Positions 1-12,592 of a stretch of DNA of 61,348 nucleotides are shown piece by piece. The notes beneath the pieces are model-generated. The model saw only the letters and a program-made list of their open reading frames with translations. It ran no database searches and had not been told where the DNA came from. Positions within the stretch are counted from its first letter, which is position 1. Every line of letters begins with the position of its first letter. The position numbers and the translations under genes are program-made. Source of the DNA: Fonticula alba ATCC 38817 (Eukaryota; Protista; Nucleariida); assembly GCA_000388065.2 (NCBI GenBank), contig KB932205.1. One strand, 5' to 3'.

Positions 1-1070
1 GAGTGCGTCGGCGCAGATCCCGGGCCTTGGCCGTAATGCCCCTGGACCGGGGTCCCGGCGCCGGGATATGCATGTTGCTGCTGCTGCTGCTGCTGCTGAG
101 GCGCCTGGCCGGCCGGCCCAGCCGGATGCCCATAGTGGTGCGAGGGCGAGGGGGCCGCACTGCCGGGGCCCGGGGCGCCGGACGGCGCCGAGCCGCCCGC
201 TCCCTGGTAGTACCCACCGTGGTGAGGACTCGGCTGGGTGGCAGCCATGGACCCGGGGCCCGGGGCCCGGGGAGCCGGCGGGCCGGTGCCCGGGCCCCCG
301 GACCCTGGGTGATACCCGGCCCCAGGCCGGCCCGGCTGTGGGTAGCCCCCGTTGCTGTGGCCCGGTGGCCCGGCCGGCCCGGCGGCCGGCATGTGCGGCG
401 ATGGAGACATCCCCGGGCGGTGGCCCTGGCCGGCTCCCACCCCGGCGTGGTACATGGCTGACCCCTGGCCGCCGGAGGCAGGCGAGGCAGACTCGCCGCC
501 CGGGGCCCCACCATGATACATGGACCCCTGGGCGCCACCGGCCCCGGCATAGGCCGAGTGGTGCGGTGACTGCTGCGTCGGCGGCGGGGGACCCGGCGGA
601 CGGTGCATCGGCGAGGGTCCCGGGCCAGGGGCCGCCCGAGCCCCGGCGCCCGGGTAGTGCGACGCCGCCGTCGCCGCCGCACCGTAGGCGCCAGCGCCGC
701 CGCCGGCGGCACTGCTGCCACCACCACCACCACCACCACCACTGGCTGGATGAGCCCCCGGGTGGGCGTGGTGTGGCGTACTGCCAGGCCCACCATACCC
801 GGCATAGGAGCTCGGCGTGGCGGGCTCATGCGCGGTCGCACCGGAATCCGCCCCGCCCGATCCCGATGGCGCATAGTATGCGGCCGACCGCGAGTCCGGC
901 CCAGTTGGGCCAGAAGGCAGATACCCGGACGCCGCATGGTGGACTGGAGCCGGGGCACCATATTGGTGTTGCTGCTGTTGCTGCTGCTGCTGCTGCTGTG
1001 CCTGGGCTTGGGCTTGAGCCTGGGCCTGCGCATGGGCCTGGGCCTGCGCATGGGCCTGGGCCTGCGCATG
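1..1070 (-). CDS. EAF1: Displaced internal fragment of the EAF1-like gene (Q/P/G/H/Y-rich low-complexity region); partial
   Basis: Minus frame is stop-free across 1-1070 (HAQAQA...QQQQHQYGAPAPVHHAASGYLPSG...HYGQGPGSAPTH). 976-1070 is identical to 4327-4421, the edge of the gap inside EAF1, and the frame continues the 3453..8738 ORF. Confidence 0.8.
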
Positions 1071-1252
1071 NNNNNNNNNNGGGGGGCTGCCTATGGCTGT
1101 TCCTGCACTCTAACACCTTGTCCTTTGGACGCTCACCTTCCCCCTGGTTTCGCATCTGGGTCCGGGATGTGTGTGTGCGCGGATATGCCCGTGCACGCGG
1201 TTCCGAAAAAAAAAAAAACCCGCATCTACACCGCTTGGCGATGGTCAAACAG

Positions 1253-1346
1253 CAGCGATCCGCTTTTCTCGAACGGCTGGAGCCCCCTCGGCAGCCAGAT
1301 CATCGCCGGTTCGAAGTCCGGTCGCCTGCACATTTGGCATGCGTAA
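1253..1346 (+). CDS. Terminal exon of a WD40-repeat protein (upstream exons not in window)
   Basis: Acceptor CAAACAG/CAG at 1250-1255, then SDPLFSNGWSPLGSQIIAGSKSGRLHIWHA* (TAA 1344-1346), a typical last WD40 blade. 1081-1250 looks intronic (CTCTAAC, poly-A, TG repeats). Confidence 0.6.
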
Positions 1347-1837
1347 GTGCGCATGTGAGCGCGTCTGTGTCCTGCATGCGCCCTCTCCCCCCTTCCTTCC
1401 GCCCGACGAGGCTGCGCTCCCCCGTACATATCCCCTGCCGCAGTGGTGGGCACTGCCAGCACGGGGGCCGGGCGTTGCTGCTGTTGCTGTTGGCTTTTTC
1501 TCCTCCTCGGTCCCCCTCCCCTCCCGTCCCCCTCCAGCATGTGGGGAGAAATTGACGGAGGGCGCCACCGGGGGGAGGGGGCGCAGGGGGCGTGCATGCA
1601 AATACACCCACATAATCGCACAGAGCCCGCGAGACATCCAAAAAAAAAAGCCACGCCCTTGGCCCGCGCGCGCGCGCGCGCGCGCACGCGCACACACGCA
1701 CAGTTGCGAAGGAGAGACAGAGAGAGGCAGAGGCAGAGATGCAAAGGCAAGGAGGGGGGGAGAGGGGGTGTATTTTCTTCCCCCGGCCATGGGAAGTGGC
1801 AGAGCAACAGGGCAGATGCGTCTGGGCACCTTCGCAC

Positions 1838-4800
1838 TTAGGGCGGGGGTTGCTGAGGACCGGCCGATGCCGATGAAGGGTGGTGGTGGGGGTGGTGGGG
1901 GTGGTGATGTGTCGGCGGGGCACCCGCAGCACCGGGCACATGGTGTCCCGCATGGTGAAGATGCCCGTGCCCGGGAGGGACCGAGCCGCCGGGGCCCGTG
2001 GCAGCGGGACCACCCCCGCCTGGGGCATGCATCGAGTGCGGGTGGTGCTGGGAGTGGTGTGCGGCGGCGGCCGCGGCCGCGGCTGCCGCGGCTGCCGACC
2101 CCGGGCCAGCGTAACCGCGCCCGGCGGCGCCATAGGCGTCATGCACCGACCCCGTCAGAGATGGGTGAGTCGGGCGACCGGAGGCTGCGGCCGCGGCGGC
2201 GGCCGCCGCGGCCGCCGCGGCTGCAGCTGCCGCCGCCTGCGACGAGTACCCATACATGGAGGCAGCCTGCATCATGGGCTGGTGAGTACCCCCGGCGCCG
2301 GCTGCCCCGGCATAGGAGCCGCCCGCGGCAGCCCCGGCCCCGGCCCCCGACGAGGCTCCCGGGCCATACATGTACCCGGCCCCCGGGGGAGGGGCACCAG
2401 GCGGAGCAGCGCCCCCGGAAGCACCGGCCCCTGGATGGAGGTAGCCCGACGTGCCGCCCGGGGCGGTCGAAGCCCCGGCCGCCGGGTAGCCGGCCGCCGA
2501 AGCGTACACCGGCCGGCCGCTGTAGCCGGAGCCGGCGGCGGCGGCGGCTGCCGCAGCAGCTGCTGCCGCCGCCGCCGCATTGTGGTAGTCCGCCGCCGCC
2601 GCCGAGTAGTAAGACCCCGGCACTGCGGACGGCGAGGAGAGCGGCGTGGCCCCGGTGGCCGATGGCGGGAGGTCTCGGCCGGCGGCGCGCGCGGCCGCAG
2701 CCGCCTGCGATGGCATCATCATGTGGCTGCCGGCGGCACTGCCAGCCAGGCCGGCCGACGAGGAGGAAGCAGACCCCGGCACCGAGGAGGAGGAGGAGGA
2801 GGAGGACGACGACGACGACGACCCGGCGGCGGAACCCGGCGGCGGGCCCATGGCGGCAGCCGCCGCTGCGGCCGTCGCCGCCGCCGCTGACGGATACTTC
2901 ATGTGATGCTGGTGATGCGGCGCCTGGTACGGGTGGGCCACCTGCGAGGGGTGCTGATGCTGCGTCGAGTGGTGAGCATGGTGATGATGGTGGTGATGCG
3001 CCGCGGCGGTGGCCGGCGCGTGGCTCAGGGGGTGGGCCATCATGTGGGGCGAGGAGGCGGCGGCCGCGGCGGCCGCGGCGGCTGCTGCTGCGGCCGCGGA
3101 CGCCGCCGCCGCCGACGGCTGCGTCATCGACGGCCCCCCTTGAGACCCATGTCCGGCTGACATCGAATACCCCGGGTGGTGAGGCGAAGAGGTGGTCGAG
3201 CCATGGCCGCCAGGAGCTGGCGAGGCGGCGGTCGTCCCGGGCGAGGGGGCGCTGCTGGCCGGCGGGATCGGCGGCCGCCAAGTGCCGGGCGCCGATCCCG
3301 GCCGGTTCGCACTGGCAGCCGAGTGTGCGGTCGGGCTCGAGGCCCCTGAGCCAGAAGCATAATCCACAGGCGGCACCTGACGACCGTGCTGCATGTAGGC
3401 CTGCTGCTGCTGCTGCTGCGTCGATGACTGGGGGGGCGGCGCCCGGCGAGGGTCACCCGCCGGCATGGACCCGGCATGGGGGCCGTGCGGCGGCGATCCA
3501 GCCCCGTATGCCGGCATCGGCGAGTACGAGGGCATCTGCGGCGTGGTCCCGGGCGGTGGGCCGTAGCCCGAGGCTCCGGAGGGCTGCAGGGCCGAATGCT
3601 GCTCTGGCAAGGCGCCTCCCGGCCCGGGGGCCGGCGACGCGGGGGCCGACTGCGTTGTGGTCCCGTATGCCGAGACGTCGGACGCGGCACTGCGACAAGT
3701 GGGAACACAACAGGACCGAGGTTAGCATATGGAGCNNNNNNNNNNNNNNNNNNNNNNNNNNNNNNNNNNNNNNNNNNNNNNNNNNNNNNNNNNNNNNNNN
3801 NNNNNNNNNNNNNNNNNNNNNNNNNNNNNNNNNNNNNNNNNNNNNNNNNNNNNNNNNNNNNNNNNNNNNNNNNNNNNNNNNNNNNNNNNNNNNNNNNNNN
3901 NNNNNNNNNNNNNNNNNNNNNNNNNNNNNNNNNNNNNNNNNNNNNNNNNNNNNNNNNNNNNNNNNNNNNNNNNNNNNNNNNNNNNNNNNNNNNNNNNNNN
4001 NNNNNNNNNNNNNNNNNNNNNNNNNNNNNNNNNNNNNNNNNNNNNNNNNNNNNNNNNNNNNNNNNNNNNNNNNNNNNNNNNNNNNNNNNNNNNNNNNNNN
4101 NNNNNNNNNNNNNNNNNNNNNNNNNNNNNNNNNNNNNNNNNNNNNNNNNNNNNNNNNNNNNNNNNNNNNNNNNNNNNNNNNNNNNNNNNNNNNNNNNNNN
4201 NNNNNNNNNNNNNNNNNNNNNNNNNNNNNNNNNNNNNNNNNNNNNNNNNNNNNNNNNNNNNNNNNNNNNNNNNNNNNNNNNNNNNNNNNNNNNNNNNNNN
4301 NNNNNNNNNNNNNNNNNNNNNNNNNNTGTTGCTGCTGCTGCTGCTGCTGTGCCTGGGCTTGGGCTTGAGCCTGGGCCTGCGCATGGGCCTGGGCCTGCGC
4401 ATGGGCCTGGGCCTGCGCATGGGCCTGGGCCTGCGCATGGGCATGTGCATGGGCCTGAGCCTGAGCATGGGCTTGCGCGTGTGCTTGCGCATGCGCCGGG
4501 GTAGATCCCGCATGATGGGGCTGGCCATGGGCGGCCGGGTGCGACGGGTGCGACGGGTGCGACGGATGCGCGGGGTGTGGCGAGGGAAGCTGAGACGGCT
4601 GGGTCTGCTGCTGCATGCTGCCATAGCCGGCCGAGGTCATGCCCATTGAGGGGTGCGGAGAGGGACCTCCCGCGGGGCCAAGACCACCCGGATGCATGTG
4701 CCCATGTGCACCTGGGTGCATTTGCCCATGCGCGCCAGGGTGCGGCGACCCCATGGCTCCGGGCCCGACAGCTGCCGAATGCTGGTGGACATACTGCTGT

Positions 4801-7800
4801 GGCTGCTGCGACTGCGGTGGCTGCGGCTGCTGCGGCTGCGGCTGCTGCGACTGCGGCTGCTGCGACTGCGGCTGCTGCGGCTGCTGCGGCTGTGACTGGG
4901 CCATCGGCTGCGGCTGGCCCGGCATGGAGCCCGCATGGCCGGGATGCCCCAGATGCCCGGCGCCGGAAGCCGCGCCACTGCCATGCATGCCTCCATGCGC
5001 GACCCCGTGCGCCCCGACCATGTGCATCGGGGGCTTTGGTGGGCCGGTCGGCCGGCCGGCCGACATGGAAGCTGCAGCGGCCGCCGCCGCTGCCGCCACG
5101 GCCTCCGATGCGGACGAGGGTGGCGGCTGCGGCGCCGACTGTGCATATCCATGGTGGGGCTGATGCTGCGGGTGATGGTGGTGATGATGGTGGTGATGGT
5201 AGCCAGTCGGGAGGGAGGGCGTCCCGCGGAGGGGCCCCTGCACCGGGGACATCGGGCCGCCAACGCGGATGTCGGACGCGGCAGCCGCCGCCGCCGCAAT
5301 CGCCGACTGCGCGGTCGCCGGGCCGGCCGAGGCCCCATCCAGCGGACGATACCCAGCACCGGGATGGCCGGCCTGTGGTCCGGGCCCGCCGGGGCCGCTG
5401 CCGCCGCCGCCACCACCACCACCGCGAGAAGGCCCAGCTGGAGGGCGTCCAGGCGCGTTGGTTGCCGGGCTGGCCCGCGCCGGGAACCCATGTCCCGGCC
5501 CCGGCCCCGGCCCCGGCCCGGCCGAATGCTCGACCGGAACCCCGGGCGCTGAGCCGCGCGGGCCACCATACTGGCCGCCGTATGGCTGGCCGGGACCCGG
5601 CCCGGGGCCGGGCAGCCCCTGCTGCGGGGGATATTGCCCCGGGAACATGGACTGCTGTTGGACCGGCACCGGGGCCGGCACCGACCCCGGGGGACCCTGC
5701 GGCGGGTACTGCACCGGGGCCGCTGGCTGCTGCGCCTGCAGCGGGATTTGCGACGGGGCCGCCTGTGGCTGCGCCTGCGATGCCGCCACCGGCACCGGCG
5801 GCGCCGGCTGTCCTGCCGGATATTGGGACGCCGGGACCGGGGCAACCACCACCGGCGCGGGGACCGGACCAGCGGCCACTGGCACCGGGACCGGGGCCGG
5901 CGCCGGTGGCATCGGCTGCGGGCCTGGGCCCGGGCCGGCGCCGGCACCGGCACCGGCACCGGCACCCATGGTCATGTCCCGGCGGTTGCGCTGGATCAGA
6001 CGCTGGAAGATGCCCACCGAGCTGGGCGACAGGGTGTACAGGTCGCCGGCCGGAGCGGCCGTCGCCCCGGGGCCCGAGCCAAGCATCAGCTGGAGCTGCC
6101 GCTCGGACAGGGCATTGGCCTGGCTCAGGGTCAGCAGGGCCCGACGGGCCGAGTCGGCCGCCGCGGCATGGTGCGACTCGTGCGCCTCCGGCGCCAGGAG
6201 CACCGTCGGCATGTCCAGGCTGCCGGACCCCCGGGGTAGCTCGGCCGGCGTGCCGTCCACCGGAACACCGATCGGCGGCCGGAAGAGCCGAGTCACCCCG
6301 CGCGGGCCGTCCGCCAGCGACGCCTGCGCCAGGGCCCGCGACAGGAGCAGCCCATTGCCGACGGTGGCCCCGCCGGCGTTGTCCGCCTCCGGGGGGCCAT
6401 TCTCCAGGGCGGTGGCCTCACTGAGGAGCATGGCCAGTGGGTCGGCTCGGGCGCCGGCGGCGGCCGCCGCGGCAGCCGCAGCCGCAGCCGCGGCCGCGGA
6501 GGCCGTGGGACGACGTGCCACCCGGGCCCCACCGGCCCCGGTGTCCGTGGCCTTGGTGCCAGGCGTGGCCCCGGCCCGCGCGGTCGTGCCCTTGGCCGGC
6601 GCCGCCGGGGTCGTGCCCGCCGTGGCCGGCGCCGCCGGTCCCACTGCGCCATACTGCAACTGCCGAGGGCAAACACTGTCCGTGGTTCCCGGGCGCGGGT
6701 GCGCCAGCCGGCGGACATACGCATCGAAGTCCGCCGGCATCAGGGCCCCGAGAACCTGGGCCGGCTGCGACCAGGCCGGGTCCTCCAGCCCGGCCGACAT
6801 GGCGAAGTCCAACAGCCGTGACGAGCGCCCATGCGGTCCGGACAGAGTCCCGGCCGCGGTGCGCGTGGGGACCAACATTTCGGACACGGTCTCCAGCCGG
6901 ACCAGCTCCGACACCGGCTGGCCGGCGGCGTCCAGCAGCGGCGCCGGCGCCGGTGTCGCCGGGGACCCCAGCTCCGGCAGGACAATCGCAGCCCCGGCCC
7001 CAGGGGCCAGGGGCGTCGGCTGCTCGGGCTTCGGCGCCAGGGCAGCCGGATCGGCCGGGGCGACAGCGGCCCGGGGGGCAGCCGCCCCGGCCGCCGCCTT
7101 CTTGGTGCCGGCGCCAGTGCCTGGGGCAGCCGGCCCAGACCCGGGACCACCCACGGCAGCCACCGGGCGCAAGCCGGTCAGGTCACTGAGGCGCGTGAGG
7201 ACCGCCGTCGGGCCGGGAATCAGACCCCCGGCCGCCAGCGGGCCATCAACCAGCATTGCCGACTCCGGGCCCAGCAGCCGGGTCCAGGCCCCCTGCGCCG
7301 AGCGGGACAGCTCGAGCGATCGCTCACGGAAGGTGGCAAACCCTTGCTCCAGTGGCCCGGCAGGAAGCTTCACCTCGCCCGGGCCATCAGGCCCCGGGAC
7401 GGCCTCCGGGTGCTCGGACGCCATCGGCACATCGGCCGGGGCCGGGGCCGTCAGCGAGGAGGAGGAGGATGAGGACGAGGAGGAGGAGGAGGAGGAACCC
7501 TCGGTGGAGGAAGACGAGGAGGACCCGGAGGAAGGGCCCGCCTCTTCCTGGATGAAGGCTCCGCCATGGCGCAGGTTGATCGACTGCCGCAGGGACACAT
7601 CAAATGGATGCAGGGACACCTGAGACCGGATGAGGGCAAAGCGCGCGGCCAGGGCCTGCGGCAAGAGCTTCGGCACCCCGACCAGGGGCTTGTGCGTTTG
7701 CTGCCATTCCCGCCCGGGGAAGAGACTCTGCCCGAGCTGGGCGTCGGCCGTCGAGGACCGGCAATCGCTGAGGGTCTGTGCCACCAGCGGCCAGTCGAAG

Positions 7801-10800
7801 TCCAGGGCCAGAGCTACCTCCATGAGCCGGGCCGTCTCGGCGAAGGACAGCCCACTGGCCAGGGCCGCCTGGAGTTGGGCCACCGGTGGCAGGGCTACCG
7901 GGGCCGATGAGGACCTGGCACCCGGCGCCGGGGTCGTCGTTGATGACGACGACGACGACGACGACGACGACGATGATGATGATGATGATGATGGCGATGA
8001 TGATGATGATGATGATGGCACCGGCGACGGGAGGAGGCGCTTGCCGCCGATCAGTCCAGGGCCGAACCCCAGGGACGAAGGGCGTCGCAGACTCTCGGCC
8101 ATGGCAGTCGACCGCAGGGCCCGGCGCAGGCCCAGGCGCTCGGCCCGACGCCGGAGTGCCCGGCGGAATACCCCGGGCAGCGGCAGGCGCGACCGGTGCA
8201 AGCTGGCCGCCCCGCGGAACAGCCGTCCGGCCAGCAGCCGCGACGCCGGCAGCAGGGCCAGCCCGCCGAGCGGATCGCCGACGGTGCCGCGATCGGCCGC
8301 CGTGGCAGGCGGCTGGGGCGGCTCCACCCGAGGTGCATTCCAAACAAAGGAATCCACCAGCTCCTCGGCCGGAGGCCCAGGGGACCCGCGCTGGCGAGCC
8401 ACCGCGCTGGCCAGCACATCCGGCGCCAGCAACCCATCCGCCAGGTATGTCAGCGTCGGGGCCACATACTGGCCGTCGGTGGCCGGGTCGAACGGGGCCA
8501 TGGCGCCCCCGGCAAAGAGGACCCCGCACACCCGGTGTGCCGGGTGCCCGGCCGGCACCGGGATGCACAGGGCCTGCCGCCGGGGCCCCGGGCTGGTCAG
8601 GTGAAAGCGCCGGGCCGCGTGCGCCAGCAGCCGCGCCGCATGTCGCTTCCAATGGCGCTCCTGGGTGAAGTCGTATGCCATGGGCTCCTGTCGGGTGTGC
8701 GAAACCCGGTACACACCGGGGGCAGGCGGAAGGGGCAACCCAGGGCGGCAAAGGTGTGGCGGTCAGGCAGATGATCAGGCAGTAAATGGGGGCACCGGCT
8801 GCCACAAAAAAAAAAAAGGCACCCGGGCCGGCGCAGGCACATGGCCCGCAAAAGTGGCACGCACCAGCTCGTCCAGCAGGAAGTCCCAGTGCGACCGGGG
8901 CCGCGGGGGCTCCGGGATTCGACGGAGCTGCCGAGCCGACCACCGGCCGGTGGCCCGCTGCAGCGATTCGATGCGCTCCAGGACATAGGTGATGCGCCGC
9001 TCGGCCCGGGCGGCGGCCCAGTCGGTGCTCAAAACCGCGCGCTTGGGATTCCGCAGCAGGAGGAAGTGCGGGTGGTGCACCGACAGAGACTTCCATGCCA
9101 GGGCGTAGGGCGAGGGAGTGGGAACCGGTGTGGCACCGGACGCCGTGGAAGCCGCTCGCGCCAGCACCCGTGCCAGGGGATCCCCCCCGGGCGTGGAGGA
9201 AGTGCCTGCGGGCGTGGGGCCAAGCGGGCCCAGTGCCTCGAGGGCCTGGCCCAATGACGGGCCGAACTCCAGTCGCAGCTGGGTCTGGTCGTCGGGCGTG
9301 AGCCCGGACCGGCTGCCCTCGGCCGGCTCGCGCAGCACGATCCCCCCGAAGGTGGCGGGCTCCGGATCGGCCGCCGGGCTGAGAGGTCCCGACATGGCCG
9401 ACACCCGGGCCATGCTGGCCGACGCATGTGTGGCAATGGCCTGATCCAGCGGCGCCGAGTACCGGGGGGCCAGCTGCTGGCTGACCAGGGAGCGCGTTGA
9501 CCGGTCGCGGCTACTCCCGGCGAGGATCGTCTGTCGAGCAACGGGAAGCGGAGGAGGGTCAGCCGGGGGCGGAAAAGGAAAAAAAAAAAAAAAAGATGGG
9601 ACCCAAGGGGGCGGACACAAACGCACGTGGAGCATGCTGCCGGCGGAAAAGCGCAAGGGAAGGCAATGTGCGAACATCGGCCATCAGTGTTGGGCCATTG
9701 GTTTGACGGTCGGTTAACGGAGAGGAAGAGAAAATGGCGGAAGAACCGGAGGCCAAAGGAAAAGAGAGAAAGAGAGAGGGAGAGAGGGAGAGAGGGAGAG
9801 AGGGAGAGAGGGAGAGAGAGGCCGGGGACAAGAAGCAGATGGGGAAAGGGCAGGCGCCATGAGTCTCTGGACACACCTGCCGAACAGCCGGGAGAAGTGC
9901 GCATCCGGGAGAAGCGGCTCTTCCAAGGGAGGCGTCAGCCTCGTGCCTGTTGGGCCGAGCTCCGGCGAGGAGCTGAACGGCGAAACCGGCGACTCGTCAG
10001 GGCCCGGGGCCGGCGATTCGTCAGGGCCCGGGGCCGGTGACCCGGTGGGGGTCCTGGCCTCCGGAGGAGGAGGAGGAGGCGAGGCACGCTGGGAAGTGGC
10101 CTTCTGGCAACGGGCACCCCGACACACAGAACTCAACTGCGCCATGGAGTGCTGCCGCCGGCGCCAGAGGAACCTACACCGGGCGGGAGAGGGGGAGGAG
10201 GAAAAGACATGGGCAACAAGAGCGGAGGAAGGAGGTAAGAGAGGGGAGAGTACTGGACTGAAGGGACGGAGGGAAGAGGGAGGAGGGGGGCGCGCCCGCG
10301 CGCGCGCGCGCGGAAGAAAAAGTAAACATGACTGGCGCACCGAATGTGAGCATCAAGGGCCACCAGGACCGAGGCGGCCGGATCCGCCGAGGTGGAGGGC
10401 TTGGTGGGAAAGGGAAGGCCGAGGTCCACATCGCTGCAACCGGGAGCCGAGCTGTCCGGCGAGCTGTCGCCACTGTCCCGGCCGTCGGGCCCGGCGCGGT
10501 GCGCGGTGGCCGTGATGATGGTGGCCGCCGCGGTCACCGGGTCCGGCAGGGCGTCAATCGAGAAGAGACCACCCACGGCACCGGCAACCGCGGGACCGGG
10601 GGAGGGCGCACCGGTGGACGAGGACGAGGAGATACCTGCGATGGGCACGGCGCCCGGGGTGTGAGACTCGGAGATGGCCGCCGGACCGGCGGCGGCAGCG
10701 GCAGCGGCAGCAGCGGCGACGCTGGAGTTGCCAGGGAATGAGGTCACTGCGTCTGAGCACGAGCCGACGGCCGGTAAGCGAGGGTTTCCGGGGGACATTT

Positions 10801-10864
10801 GCCGTGGGGAAGGCACCGGGGCGCCAGGCGAGGGGGGCACACGCGCACCTTGCATCTCAGCCAT
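1838..10864 (-). CDS. EAF1: Eaf1/Vid21-like NuA4 scaffold subunit (HSA + SANT-like domains, very long low-complexity C-terminus)
   Basis: Exons 10864-10341, 10173-9877, 9636-9627, 9530-8865, 8687-4327(gap), 3689-1838; phases are consistent through 8687. HSA motif ERIESLQRATGRWSARQLRRIPEPPRPRSHWDFLLDEL|EPMAYDFTQERHWK; SANT-like LDFDWPLVAQTL; no SNF2 ATPase. Last exon preceded by branch GCTAAC and CGCAG acceptor; stop TAA 1838-1840. Confidence 0.85.
4370..4445 (-). repeat. 18-nt coding tandem repeat (HAQAQA)n next to a CAG/poly-Q tract
   Basis: Unit CATGGGCCTGGGCCTGCG repeated on + strand; same array at about 1020-1070. Confidence 0.9.
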
Positions 10865-12377
10865 GGGGAAAGGGAGGGTCTCGGTCGGAGGGCTGGCCTC
10901 TCGCGGTGCGAGCCGCGCGCGGGCGTGTGTTTGTAGGGGTGTGCGCGCGCGGGCGTGTGTGGGTGGGTGGGGGGTGGGTATGTGTGTGTGTGTGTGTGTG
11001 TGTGTCCGTCGGTTGGCTCGGAGCTGGGCCCGGTCGGAGGGAGAGGAGAGGGCGCGACCGTTCTCCCGGACGTGACGCCACGGTCGAGTGAGAGGGATAG
11101 AGGTGGTCGGGCTTTGAGGCAGCATGTGTGCATACACAGGGAGGGGACGATGGGAAGAAGGGGGAGGGAGGAGGAGGGAGGAAGCAGCAGAAAGTGAGTG
11201 TCGGCCCGAGACGAGCGAGGCAAGGCGAGGCAGAGAAGAGCAGGACGGACAGTCGAAAAGCGCCAGGGGCGGGAGGGAGGCAGGGGAGACGACAGACCGG
11301 AGAGGGGCAAAGTAGCAAGGTGCAAGAGGGGGGAAGGGAGAAAGACAGAGGAGGAGGGGGGAGGAATGCGAGTCGTCCGAGGGCGCTCTCGGTGGGTGGA
11401 GAGCCTGGCTGGTGGCCAGGGGCGATGGAGGGGGAAGAGAAAAAGTCCTGCGACCGTTAGGCCGGCAGAGAGAGAGGGAGGGGGGAGGGGGCAGGGAAAG
11501 GTCCGGTTGGAAGGCGGCGGAGCCCCAGGCCGGAAAGACAGACAACAAGAGGCATAAAGAGAGCCGGAGAAAGAGCAAGCCAGCCAGAGCAAAAGCGAAA
11601 GGGAGAAGGAGCGCGGGCGGGGGACCCGGGGGAACGACTCCGGCGGGTGAGGTCCCGGGGAGCGCGGCGGCCAAGCGAAAATGGGCAGTCCCCTCCCCGC
11701 CAAAAGGCGGGAGACGCGCGCGGACAGGCACAAATGTTGAGGGTGGGCATTTGGGAGTAGCGGTTATTCTGCCGGTCTAGAACAACCCCCAGGGGTTGGA
11801 GGGCAGAGGTGAGTATGCGCTTTCCTGTCACGTGGGTGTATACTTATTGTGGGTATTACGAACTGGGCTCCCTTTCCTGCTGCTATTGTTGTTATTATAT
11901 TTTTATTTATTGTCCCCGCCCGTATGCCGCAGCCCGTTGTCGGTGGAGGAACAGCCAGAGATGGGTGCGCCCAGCGGAGGGTCACGGATTTGAACCAAAC
12001 CGAGAATCAGCACCCCACCCCCGCGCGTTCGCCCCGCCGAAAGCCGGCATCTCCCATTCCGGCTCACTCTCCGGCGTCCTTTGACTCCCATTGGTGCCCC
12101 CCCCCCCCTGGCATTGGCGCATCTTCGCCCCCCGTCCTCGTCCCCTTTCTCGGACATTGCCTCCCTCACTGCCTCTGTCCAAAAGTACTCCGGCTGTGCC
12201 CCTCTGGGGCAAGGCGAATTTCTTCTCAGCACCCCCACCCGGGAGTGCTTGTCTTTCTGTGGCCGCGTGGGTGGGTGGGGGGGGGGTGCTGCTGTGTCCC
12301 GTGCTTCGGTTCCGAAAATGTGTGTATTCAACAAGGACAGCGGCAGATATGTGCGTGTACACGCGAGCGAGCGAGCG

Positions 12378-12411
<34 letters not shown>

Positions 12412-12592
12412 ACATATGCAGGGGGAGTAGGAGGAAGGGAAACAAAGAGAGAGGGAAAGAGGGAAACATGGGCGGCCGCGGGCGGCCGGGCGGGCGAAAG
12501 GTGGGCCACCGCGCGCACTGGTGTGCGCACACGACACACTCCGCCATTTCGGGATGCGCCCAGCCCCCCCCCCCCCTCCCTGGGGCCGCGGA

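Noticed and set aside
11986-11996. B-box-like GGTTCAAATCC on the minus strand (possible tRNA)
   Set aside because: No T-stem pairing, acceptor stem or anticodon arm around it.
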